The notes under the pieces are model-generated. The model searched no databases, had not been told where the DNA came from, and saw only the letters and a program-made list of their open reading frames with translations. A stretch of DNA of 64,000 bases from Mobula hypostoma (Eukaryota): contig NC_086102.1 of NCBI RefSeq assembly GCF_963921235.1, positions 27,218,001 to 27,282,000 on the forward strand, given 5' to 3'. The number at the start of each line of letters is the position of its first letter. Position 1 is the stretch's first letter. Of the stretch, positions 11,905-23,744 are shown one piece after another. The position numbers and the translations under genes were made by a program.

Positions 11905-13125
11905 TTCCAATGATGTCATGGTAAAGCAAGCAGGCGTTACAACCAGATCTAGGCGCAAGTGGGCAGCCAACACAGCTGTGGAGCAGGCAGTGTGTTCTCT
12001 GAAGATGTGAGATATCATCAGCAACCCCTGCGTCGGAAGGCAAGGCCTCGGCTCAGTTCACTTTCAGCAGTGGGGAAACGCAAGCATAAGGAACAGGCGA
12101 GACATGGATCCATGAGGAAGAGAAGTGGATTTCAAAGGCAGTGGAACAAGGGTCCCAGGGTGCCTGGACAAAATGGGATCTGCCTAAGTGCAAGATCTCA
12201 TGGGCACAGTTATGGAGACTGGAGCCCTTCCGTATTTCCTTCCTCTTGCGATCCATGTATGACACCCTTCCTTCACCATTACATCTGTACACATGGGGGA
12301 TGAGAGAGGACCGGAACTGTAAGCTCTGTGGTCAAAAGGGGACACTGGCTCATATACTATCTGGGTGTAAAACAGCTCTAACTCATGGACGGTATAGGTG
12401 GTGCCATGATAAGGTGCTTCTGGCTCTTGCTGACACTCTAGAGCGCGAGAGATACAAGCAGAGGACAGCTGGTACAGATTTGAGGAAGGCCATCACCTTC
12501 ATCAAAGAGGGAGCCAGGCCTTTCGTAACCAAACAACCGAAGCCCAATCTGCTACTAACGGCCAGGTCAATATGGGAAGAAGGCTGCAGTTCCCGGATGT
12601 GCTGCACACAACCCTACGCCCGGACGTTGTACTGTGGTCAACTGAAGACAGGAAAATAATTCTGGTTGAGCTGACTGTGCCGTGGGAGGAGGGATGGGAA
12701 GAGACCCACGAGAGAAAGGCCTTGAAGTACCAGCCCTTCGTGCAGGAGTGTAAAGACAAGGGATGGCAGGCATGGTTGTTCCCTGTGGAGATCGGCTGCA
12801 TAGGTTTCCCAGCCAAATCAGCATGCTGGTTGTTGTCAGCTCTGGGCCTGGATGAAAGGAGCAAAAAACAAGCAGCTCATAGGATGGGGGAAGAGGCAGA
12901 AAGAGCCCCTTGTTGGATTTGGAGTAGGTGAGAGGAGGGAAGCCGGAAGCCAGGAGCAGATAGGCAGTGATTTGGCCACCACTGCTGGCCCACCAACTGG
13001 AGAGTGTTGTGGTTAAGGGTCGAAACACTCTGTGAAGATTGGGAACCACCTGATGACATCTGCTCCTGGCTGAAGGCTACGGTTACCTAAAAAGGTATCT
13101 GGAGAATGCACCCCAACAGGTGTAT
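11905..13125 (+). mobile_element. 5'-truncated RLE non-LTR retrotransposon (HERO/R2-group-like)
   Basis: Zn-knuckle CKLCGQKGTLAHILSGC...RWCHDKVL and restriction-like endonuclease LRPDVVLWS...ILVELTVPWEE...KALKY. Frameshift near 12570, stop at 12931. Confidence 0.85.
13001..13061 (+). ncRNA. Candidate pseudoknotted (strand-permuted) hammerhead-like RNA motif in the LINE 3' UTR
   Basis: AGAGUGU-U-GUGGUU ... GGGUC-GAA-ACACUCU ... AACCAC-CUGAUGA. Stems I and III are perfect; stem II is weak. Confidence 0.5.
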
Positions 13126-13129
13126 GTAA

Positions 13130-13548
13130 CAAGTATGAAATTGATACGTTACGCATTACAAGCAATATGGAAAAATTGTGAGCTAAAAACATCATCCACT
13201 ATGACTCAGAAGAATGCTATGCATATCATACATGGACAGGATAACCAACGAAGAAGTTCCACAGAGAACGAAAACAAAACGTACATTTACTTAAAAAAAA
13301 TCAGAAAACAGCAATCAAAATTCTTTGGACACATCATGCGAAGAGAGGCATTAGAACATTTAGTTACAACTGGAAAGCTGGAAGGAAAAAGAGGCAGAGG
13401 CAGGCAGAGAATGAAAATGATAGATGGAATAACATCATGGTTAGAAACAGGGGAGGCAACAACTACAATTCGGAGGGTCAGGGACTGTGATGGATGGAGA
13501 GACATGATCGCCCACGCCGAATGGCAAGGCACCTGAATAATAATAACT
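13130..13548 (+). mobile_element. RTE-clade LINE 3' fragment
   Basis: KFFGHIMRREALEHLVTTGKLEGKRGRGRQR...WRDMIAH is a BovB/RTE-type C-terminus, followed by a (TAA)n tail. Confidence 0.85.
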
Positions 13549-14204
13549 ATGACTTTTGTAAAAATTGGTTTCATAGCAGAGGAATGGAAATTCAATGTTA
13601 AACAATTACAATTTGTTTTCAAACATTGACAAAAACCTTGAGACAAATAGTGAGATGTAGACCCACCCTGTTAATTGAAACACTAGGAATTTGACCTAGT
13701 TGGTATCTGATGTGTGATTGCTATCTTGTATGTACGAGGATTAGACCTCAAGCCATGGTGTCGCCCGTTTACAGCCGCCAGGAGAGAGGCATTGGAGCCG
13801 GTGCACTCCACCCAGGGCGGTGTGGTGCGTCGTCCAGGCTGGAGTCGGTGCTGCCCACCAGTGTTTGCTCAGCAGAAGATAAGCTGCACTCTGATCAACC
13901 GTAGATTTCTACGGCACCCATGGCTCGGGTCTGGACCGCTTTTCCTTGCGTGGCTGTGTCTTAGTGATATCTTTACGTGCTTGTATGTGCTGTGTGACTG
14001 TTTGCACTGTGTTTTGCACCTTGACCCCAGTGTAATGTTGTCTCGTTTGCCTATATTCATGTCTGGTTGAATAACAATTAAACTTGAATTAAATTGATGG
14101 CCTGGATGTTCTGACTGGCAGTCTCAGCCACAAGTCATATTAAAATAAGCACTGCAGCAAAACCTTATTAATGTGCCCACCACTTGGTTAGTGGCTCCTC
14201 TTAC

Positions 14205-14379
14205 CGCTGAATAAAGCTACACGCTTCCCCAGCGTCTGTAAATGCCTTCCATCGAGCACTGGGGATATCATGCCGATCCATAAAGTCTTTTGCGAAATGC
14301 TTGCTGGCTTCCAGTTGTGTTGCCTTTGCTGAAGGGCCAAAACATCTCACTCCAGCAGCCATCAAGTCATCAACAATTC
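14205..14379 (-). CDS. GART: GART coding exon 3
   Basis: GIVDDLMAAGVRCFGPSAKATQLEASKHFAKDFMDRHDIPSARWKAFTDAGEACSFIQ. 175 bp, cttcag| and |gtaag. Confidence 0.97.
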
Positions 14380-15504
14380 CTGAAGAACACATGACAGGAA
14401 AGAAGAAACGTCTCTTAAGCAACAGGCTCTGAAAGGTTTCCAAACAGGCTTTTAAAAACATTACTCTTCAATTTGAAGTGATACACGAGGATAGGTTGAG
14501 CAAGCTAAGGTTTTGCTCTTTGGAGCAAGGGAAGATGAGAGGTGACTTTATAGAGGTGTGTAAAATAAAAGGTACCGGTAGAGTGGACAGACAGCGCTAT
14601 TTCCTCCCCCCCCCCCCCGCAAGAGTGGAAATAGCAAATACAAGGGTGCATATTTTTAAGGTGATTGGAGGAAAGTATGGGGGGGGGAGGGGAATGTCAG
14701 AATGGGGAAACAGAAGAATGTTGGGTGTGTAGAATGTGCTACCCGGGTAGAGGCAGATATATTCAGGACTCTGACTGAGACTCTTAGGCACATGAATGAA
14801 AGAGAAGTGGAGGGTTATGTGGGAAGGAAGGGTGGGTCAGATTGATCCTAGAGTAGGCTGAAAGGTCGGTACAACTCTGTGGGCTGAATAGCCTGTACTG
14901 TGTTGTACTGGTCTATGTTCTAAGTATACTGGAGGCTGGTAGGATAGGGGTGGAGTGCTTGAAGGAACTTATGCAACATTCTTTTCCTCTTCACACTCGT
15001 CAAGTGAACATCTGTGGCTCAGCCAGTTTTAAATGCCCTTCCCCAATCTTCCTGTTATTCTGTCACATTTTATGTAGACTAAACAAGCTCGTTTCATTTT
15101 GATCCCTATAAAAAGGACATTTCTGAGCCAGATCACCTTCACAAATTCCAATCTTATTTAATAACTTAACTTTAAATCCCCTAGCTACCATTGTGGATTT
15201 GAAGTCACGTCTTTAAAGCAACAATCCAGTCCTCTTGATATAAATCCAGAAACTTTATGCTACTGTGCCCCATCTACACAAGAGCTCTTTCTGAGCTGGT
15301 AACTGTTGGAGAACGATTGGTTGGCTGAGTTTTTATTATTCTCCATTCTCAGATTGCTGGACAAAAGGGTTGATAGATGTTTGCCTGCTAAACCAGTTCA
15401 CGCAAGCCAATCCTGCCAACCCAGCTGAGGTCAACATTTCAGCTGGTTGAGCCTGGATAAACCCACACAAGTGGTTTATTATTGCTAAAACAGAAGGGAA
15501 AATC

Positions 15505-15521
15505 CTGCCACCTGGTGGCCA
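15505..15521 (-). promoter_or_regulatory. CTCF-like binding motif in a GART intron
   Basis: Minus strand reads TGGCCACCAGGTGGCAG, a close match to the CTCF core consensus. Confidence 0.55.
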
Positions 15522-15569
15522 ATACTGTTACATGCAGTTTTTAAATCTGTAATTTCGGGTTCTCTCTAA

Positions 15570-16084
15570 AGGCTGATTTATACTTCTGCGTCAACCTGAC
15601 GGCCTAAGTACAGCATCGCCACGAACCCTACACAGAGTCTACGCAGATCCCTATGCCGTAGCCTGACGCGCACCTCTCCCAAAATGTAACTACGCGTCGC
15701 GGCAACGCAGCAGAACGCAACAACTGTGATTGGTCCGCTTGGTAGCATCGCATGTCATCCTACGCTGCAATAGCTTCCCATTGGGCGACTGAAGGGCAGG
15801 GAAGGAACTCTGGCTGCAATGCTTTCCATAAAGCATCACAGACCTCCGAAATTATGGAGGACACATTTTACTTTCACGAAAAAAGACGCTCGCTTTAAAC
15901 TTGTTTACCCCGAGAAAGACTACCATGACCATGAAGCCTTGCACGGGCAGGTGTGTGCGCATGCATGACGTGTGCAAATTGCAGAATGACGCAGACACAC
16001 CAACGCACAAGTATAAATGCTCACAACGCGCATAGGCCACTTGTGTAGGTTACAGCGTCGAGTTAACGCAGAAGCTTAATACAG
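15570..16084. mobile_element. Non-autonomous DNA transposon, PIF/Harbinger-like
   Basis: Imperfect TIRs GGCTGATTTATACTTCTGCGT ... ACGCAGAAGCTTAATACAG, with a CpG-rich interior. Confidence 0.55.
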
Positions 16085-16377
16085 AAACTCTGAGCACAAG
16101 ACACAGCAAGAAATGATTGTAAACATTGCAGGCAGGGCGCAATGTCTCAGGGATGGTTTGAAAGCACATTCACTATCCTGAGATTTAGTCTGTAAGTTTG
16201 CATATAGCTAAACAAGATCAAAATTAAACTTTCCTCAAGAGATTATTTTAATGACACATAGAAAAATTAATACCTCACAACTTCATCCCAACATGCCTCC
16301 TATCCACACAGCTCTGGTTTTAGTGGAAGTGTGAATGAGTCCGGTATTGAACCAGTGAACTTTTGTGCATCAGAGTC

Positions 16378-16612
16378 AACACACACAAACAAAATGCTGG
16401 AGGAACTCAGCAGGCCAGGCAGGACCCATGAAAAAGAGTAAACAATTAACATTGCAGGCTGAGACCCTTTATCAGGACTTGATAAGGGGTTCAGCCCAAA
16501 ACATCGACTGTGTATACTTTTTCCATAGATGCAGCCTGACCTGCTGAGTTCCTCCAGCTTTGTGTGTGCTGCTTTGGATTTCCAGCATCTGCAGATTTTC
16601 TCATGTTTGTGC
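16378..16612. mobile_element. Older palindromic PLE terminal-repeat element (similar copies at ~26600-26790, 28045-28180, 30630-30812, 42570-42702)
   Basis: Inverted arms tgctggaggaactcagcaggccaggcag / ctgacctgctgagttcctccagc, with degenerate hammerhead cores. Confidence 0.7.
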
Positions 16613-17409
16613 ATCACAGTTAAAATGGCTTCAAAGTTTAACCTTGAGTGAGCTTTCCAGTCCTAAGGGTAACGAGGACAACTTCCTCAAAAAGATGCTG
16701 TGAAAATGTAGCAAATCTGTTGGACCAAGAGGAGCTGAAGCATTTCCCCCACCAATGACGCTATATTCGCAACACCCCCACTCCCCCCAAACTCTCCCCC
16801 CCACCCCAGTTGACATCAACTCTTCCCCTGGGGTCTGACTGTCCCAGAAGATCAGAAACCACCCATTGCCCCAGCCAACCCCACCACCTGGACATATACA
16901 AGGCAAATTTGGGGACAAGTACTGAAGAATAACCCAAACAGCACATCCCGCACATCACACACATCCAAAAGTGCTAATGCTTATGTTTTACTTCAACAAA
17001 CAAGTTCCAGGAGAGAAAGAATAAATAGAGGATTATAAAGAAAAATAAATCTCACAAAGCAAATATATACAGTTGGTTCCAAGATCAATCTCTACCAGTT
17101 TTGCCCAGTGCAGTGCCTTGTAAGTTTTTAAATAACTCAAGGCCCCTTCAAATGGTGTTACTGCGACTGTCCTTGAAAATGGTTCAAATGGATGACATTA
17201 CTTTTAGAGTTTATTTTAATTTGACAGAAGCACCATAGGTTATGGAATAATGTAAACACAAGTAAGTCACTAAAAAAGCTTTAAGAAAGTATTTTTAATC
17301 CTAATAAACAGATTGCATTACAAATAGGACTAGAATAAAATCAATGCCAAGCAAAACCAAACATGGGCATTTCCATAAGAAATAAGCACTATTTTATTTT
17401 GGGATACAC

Positions 17410-17599
17410 CATGGTAACAGACCCATACAGTCCAATTATACCCATGTGACCATGTCTTTGAAGAGTGGAAGGAGCACCTGGAGGAAACCCACACAGCCAT
17501 GGGGAGGACGTACAAACTCCTTGCAGACAGCAGTGGGAATTGAACTCAGGTCACTGGTGCTTAAAGCATCACACTAACTGCTACACCACCATGGTGCCC
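17410..17599 (-). mobile_element. tRNA-derived SINE (HE1/V-SINE-like)
   Basis: Minus strand starts GGGCACCATGGTGGTGTAGCAGTTAG (A box) ... GAGTTCAATTCC (B box), followed by a GGAGTTTGTACGTCCTCCCC core. Confidence 0.75.
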
Positions 17600-18318
17600 T
17601 ATGCAAGTATTATTTATATTTTACCATTCTGTGATACCTGTAGTACAGTAGTTACCACAATTTCAACTTAAAATCAGAATAGAGCTGCAAGTCTTTAGCA
17701 AACTAATCAGGAAAAGTATTGAACACCAATTGAACCAATCTATGCAGGTAACAACACCGTAGCATAATGACATTGTTCAAACTGCACAACTGACCAGCTT
17801 TTGCTGACGGCAACACACCTAACAATCAATGGTGTGCTTCACAGTCTGTGTGCACAAAGGCACACACTGTAATACAGTCGGGCAGTCAGACATCACTTCA
17901 GCCCTCAAAATCCCATTGAAGCTTTTAGAAAGTATGAAGCTACTGAATGATGCAGTTCCCTAAAAGAAAAATAAGGAATCTACAAATGACACAAATAATC
18001 ATTTTACAACAAGAAAAACTAGAAATCATTTTGAGGGTTAAGAGAAAAATAATATTCAGCATTTACCTGGAAAATAATGAACAGATTGAAAGATATTTAT
18101 AAACGTACAAACAGAAAACATCCTATTGACCTAAACCATTAAAGAGATTCCAACTAGACCTTTGCATTTATTAAGTTATTAAGTTGCATTAATCTTATTC
18201 ATTACTGGTCAAAACCTTCAAAGAGTGAACACTGCTGTTCAGCTGACAATGCACTAAAATAGAGCCACTTCAGAGCAGTGCCACTCCTGTAGCCCAGTGT
18301 CAGAGACCTTGTGTTTAC

Positions 18319-18414
18319 CTGCAGCAAGGGGAGCCTCCGGACCAACCACCACCAGGCCAATGTTGTGGTCTTTGCAGTATTGGGCAAGAATTGCATGATT
18401 GCTGACAGAAACAG
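18319..18414 (-). CDS. GART: GART coding exon 2
   Basis: AVSVSNHAILAQYCKDHNIGLVVVGPEAPLAAG. 96 bp, ttgcag| acceptor, |gtaaac donor, phase-compatible with neighbours. Confidence 0.97.
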
Positions 18415-20160
18415 CTGCAATGGGGAAAAAAAAACAAGACTGTTTGCACAATGCATATGGAAAGATAACTTTTAAGAGAAATCCTTTACAAGATGATTCT
18501 TTGAATTTACAGGTTACCAAAGTAAAACTATACATCATTGTATTAACTTCATGCACAAGCCTCCAGCTTCAATTTCAAAGAAATTGATATCAAAGGTAAA
18601 GTTCCTTATACCAAATGTACCATGGGTAGCCGCAAACTTCATATTTTTGTTTCTTATGGTGTTGACTAATATTCAAAACTCATTGTGACAATCCAACCAT
18701 TTGGCAACTTTAATATAATGCAACTTGTTAAATTTTAACACTGAGAAAAGTATTATATCACTAGTTCTGTTTAGCCATATAATTCAGAATAATTTGCAAT
18801 ATTACCACAGATTTATGAAATGACCTTTGCCTCAAAGCAAGAGACAGACATATTTAAGTAGGTCACTTGCTTTCCTCTGTCAGCTTTGATTATCAATATC
18901 AGAAAGGTTATCTACAGACAACAGAGATAACTGAGGTCATTTACAACTAATGCACAGATGAGAGGAGGTTTATTGAACAAAGGCAATGGAACGATAAGTG
19001 TTTTGCAATGGTTAAATAAATCCATAGATTAGATGGTACTCCCAAACTATGAACAGATTAGACACATTAAATATACTAGAAATTAAAAAAGGAAATACAC
19101 AAAATAATCAGATCTTCCCCTTTCCACCATTGCGGATTTTAATTTGTTTTGTTTAAATTTTCAATTATTTATACTTGTACTTTGGATAAATAAAATTATC
19201 TGATATTATCCCAAGGGGTTCAAGGATAGACCTACATAGCTTGGAGTATTTAAACTGTTTTTGAAGTAAGACCAAGATTTCAGCATGCCATTGGGTAGAA
19301 GGTATTCATATTAAATACACCCACACATGGCGAAGAGCTCTGGATTGTAAAGGCAACATCAAATACTGGATCACTCAAAACTGCCACCATCTGTACCCCC
19401 ATACAAAATGAATGGTTAACCAAACAGGTTTCAAAATCAAGTCGTTTCATCAGACATCAGACTTATATAACAGATTTTGCAGCATAATTTCAGAAAATTC
19501 TAAAGAATAACACAATTTCCAATCTTCACTCCATCAAAAGTTCCTCTTTGCTAAACCAGACTGTTATGAATTAATTATACATTACCCATCTTTAAAACTT
19601 TTATTACATTAATTTTAACAACTAAATACATATACCCAAACTGCACAGGATAATATTAAATTACCTGCTTACATATCTATTAACATAAGGACAGTTGTGT
19701 TTTTTTTTGGTTTGTAGGGATGGTTTTGGGAACAGCGTGGGAAGTTAGGGATAAGGTTAGAGTTTAGGGACAGGGATAAAGAGGATTTAGATGTCGGGGT
19801 AGAAAATGAAGAGTCCCGGAAGGATTTCAGAGTCCAAGTCGAAGCACTCCGCAGACAAATGTCAGAGATCCAGGAAGCCGTGTCACAGTCACTGAGGTCC
19901 CTCAGGTCAGAAACTGGTCCCAGATTGGGAGTCCATATCCAAGTCGGAGATCTGTGCAAGTCCAGAAGTCAAAGCCCGAAGGACAAACCTGTGATCAGTG
20001 AGTCCTGGGGTGCAGTCTGAAGACAGAGGCCCAATGTCTGCAAATCTGAAAATCCAGGGACAAGGACCGGAGGTGGGTCTGCCTTGGGTTGGCAGCAGGT
20101 CTAGGTGTGTGAATGGGAGGGATGGGAAAGGGACTTGTTTTGTTGTTGTTGCTTCTGTCA

Positions 20161-20550
<390 letters not shown>

Positions 20551-22283
20551 TTAACACTCCCTGAGCTCACAAGAATTAGCACAGCACACTCCCAGCCACT
20601 GATCCACAGCTCCTGTTCTGCCATCGCCCTAAAGGTTAACACGGTTCTGTTTATTACAGTAGGTTTGCACCTCTTTAGCTCACAACAGTACAGCAACATG
20701 GCTTTCGTTGTGCTCCCAGGAAATTTGCTGCTTGAGAGCAGTGCATCAGTTTGCAGCTCAATACAGAAATATGAAATCACAGAAATAGGCATCATGTTTT
20801 CTACACAATTTGGGCCTTTTAAATTCTATCATAATCAATTTAATTGACAAATAAAAAAATCAAGTGTGAAAGAGATCATTACAACAGCAAAAATTACTGC
20901 ATTCATGGTTAGAGTGAAGGTAGGGAGAACGTTTCCTATAGTGGGTGAGTTTAGGACTATAGGGCATCGCCGAAAAAGAGAAGGACCTCGCTTTAGAACA
21001 GAGATGACTAGGAATATTTTTCTGATGGTGAGTCTATGGACTTCATTGCCACAGGTTGCTGTGAAGGTCAAGTCATTGAGTATATTTAAGGAGGAGGTTG
21101 ATAGGTTCTCAATTAGCAATGGGTGTCAAAGGTTACAGGGAGAAGGCAGGAGCATGGGGTTGAGAGGTATAATAAATCATTCATGGTGGAATGGTGGAGC
21201 AGATTCAATCGGCCAGATGGCCTAATTCTGCTCCTGTGCCTCATGGATAACACCGTAAGACTTGAGTCTCATCCCACCTCTGCAAAAACAAACATGATTA
21301 AATATAGCCACATTTCAATGTAGCAGCCCATGAAATCAAAATATTGGATCTCAACGTTATAGCAAGAGTGGCACCAATTATAAATGGATCTTACTTACTA
21401 AAGCTCACTGTCAAACCTGACCTTTTAAAGTAGCTCGTGAGATAAAGCAACACATTGCAAAAATCAAAGTTTAAAAGAAAGGAATGATGCACTTAACATC
21501 TGCTGATACTTTGAAAGTAAACCGTTTCAATCAAACAAACTTCAAAAATATATTTCAAAATTTATTATGTACAGATTGGATAGTTCTAGCCACTAACTAT
21601 TGGATCACTGTGATATGGGAAGTCACAGACAACAGGGAACTCAGATATGTAATATGCTTCACGAGGGGAGAACTGCACAGACTGACCTCATGATCTACTC
21701 GTGCTTTCCAACCACTCAAATAATAGGCTCTTATTAACAAAATAGGCTCAGCCTCAGATTCTGTATATGGCCCAAGAATTTAATAAAGAAATTACAGATA
21801 TATTAATTGTAAGACAAGTTTGGACAAGAAGACTATTTAGGCTGCCTTAATTCTCGCACCTTGAAGATCTTCCATGACTGTATCTTTATGTTTCCAGAGC
21901 ATTTCCCTAGCCTCTAGCATTCCCATTTCTTGTTAGGAATCCTGACACTTCAGCAGAAAGAGTGTACCTTGACTCTCTCACCGTGAAACACGCCTTTTAG
22001 ACCTATCTGTAAAATGGTTTCACACACATCTAATTAAAACTCAACTTCACTCGCCCAATCACTGAACTGTTACCACAATCAATGGTCTCATTTTCAAAGA
22101 CTTTTCATCTCTTGTTCTCAATATTTATTGCCTATTTATTTATTATTGTTATTACTTTTTTTCTTTCTTTTTGTATTTGGTTGTCTCCCCTGTTGGTGCA
22201 GTCTTTCAATGATTCTATTATGATTATTGGATTTATTGAGTATGCCCACAGGAAAATGAATCGCAGGGTTGTATACAGTAATA

Positions 22284-23744
22284 CAGACATCCCACCAGCA
22301 AAAACTCATTTCAGGCACCATCAATTTTCAGAAGACCTCCGGAACTTCCGAGAGAGGTGGGATGTCTGCAATAGAGTAGCTCCTTAGCAGCTAGCCAACT
22401 AGTTTAAATAACAAGCAACATACATCAAAGTTGCTGGTGAACGCAGCAGGCCAAGCAGCATCTATAGGAAGAGGCGCAGTCGACGTTTCAGGCCGAGACC
22501 CTTCGTCAGGACTAACTGAAGGAAGAGTGAGTAAGGGATTTGAAAGCTGGAGGGGGAGGGGGAGATGCAAAATGATAGGAGAAGACAGGAGGGGGAGGGA
22601 TGGAGCTGAGAGCTGGACAGGTGATAGGCAGAAGGGGATACGAGAGGATCATGGGACAGGAGGTCCGGGAAGAAAGACGGGGGGGGGGGGGTGACCCAGA
22701 GGATGGGCAAGAGGTATATTCAGAGGGACAGAGGGAGAAAAAGGAGAGTGAGAGAAAGAATGTGTGCATTAAAAAGAGTAACAGATGGGGTACGAGGGGG
22801 AGGTGGGGCCTAGCGGAAGTTAGAGAAGTCAATGTTCATGCCATCAGGTTGGAGGCTACCCAGACGGAATATAAGGTGTTGTTCCTCCAACCTGAGTGTG
22901 GCTTCATCTTTACAGTAGAGGAGGCCGTGGATAGACATGTCAGAATGGGCCGTGGATAGACATGTCAGAATGGAAACATTATGCACACATTCTTTCTCTC
23001 ACTCTCCTTTTTCTCCCTCTGTCCCTCTGAATATACCTCTTGCCCATCCTCTGGGTCACCCCACCCCTTGTCTTTCTTCCCGGACCTCCTGTCCCATGAT
23101 CCTCTCGTATCCCCTTTTGCCTATCACCTGTCCAGCTCTCGGCTCTATCCCTCCCCCTCCTGTCTTCTCCTATCATTTTGCATCTCCCCCTCCCGCTTTC
23201 AAATCCCTTACTCACTCTTCCTTCAGTTAGTCCTGACGAAGAGTCTCGGCCTGAAACGTCGACTGCGCCTCTTCCTATAGATGCTGCTTGGCCTGCTGCG
23301 TTCACCAGCAACTTTGATGTATGTTGCTTGAATTTCCAGCATCTGCAGAATTCCTGTTGTTTTAGTTTAAATAACATTAGCTATGCTAATGAACGAATGA
23401 CACCTGTTAAACTCACCTCAACGTGTCTTTTACAGTCTTAACCCACCATGGGCAATGGAAAAGTCACTGCTGCAAACAGTGTAGCGAGCAACACTGTCAT
23501 TATTTTTGACCCTATTAGGCAGGGGTACACTTTAGTATAGTCTGGGGTAACGTATGTTTTATATTTTCTTTTTTTGGAACACTCTACCATGGCGCGCGCG
23601 CGCTCTCTCTCTCGCACTTTCTCTTGCGCGCTCTCTCTCTCAAAAAAATCGATTTCTAGGATATTGTATATAATTTGTGAGCATCAGGGAGCCACTATCA
23701 ATATGCAGGAGACTCCCGGAACTTCTGGGAGAGGTGGGATATCG
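22284..23744. mobile_element. hAT-like MITE inside a Rex1-type LINE tail, itself hosting a PLE insertion
   Basis: TIRs CAGACATCCCACC / GGTGGGATATCG, with 8-bp flanks CAGTAATA / AGGTAATA. Confidence 0.6.
22412..23362. mobile_element. Young Penelope-like insertion with inverted terminal repeats and a GIY-YIG C-terminal fragment
   Basis: Inverted arms of ~350 bp and TSD TAGTTTAAATAACA. Minus strand ~22815-22950 encodes HSDMSIHGLLYCKDEATLRLEEQHLIFRLGSLQPDGMNIDF. Hammerhead motifs at 22478-22513(-) and 23229-23264(+). Confidence 0.85.

Noticed and set aside
13005-13030. Pistol, twister or HDV-like ribozyme reading of GUGGUUAAGGGUC
   Set aside because: The required helices and conserved residues of those classes could not be drawn. 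The hammerhead-core reading fits better.
17530-17599. tRNA gene
   Set aside because: A and B boxes are present but run into a SINE body, with no intact cloverleaf or terminator.
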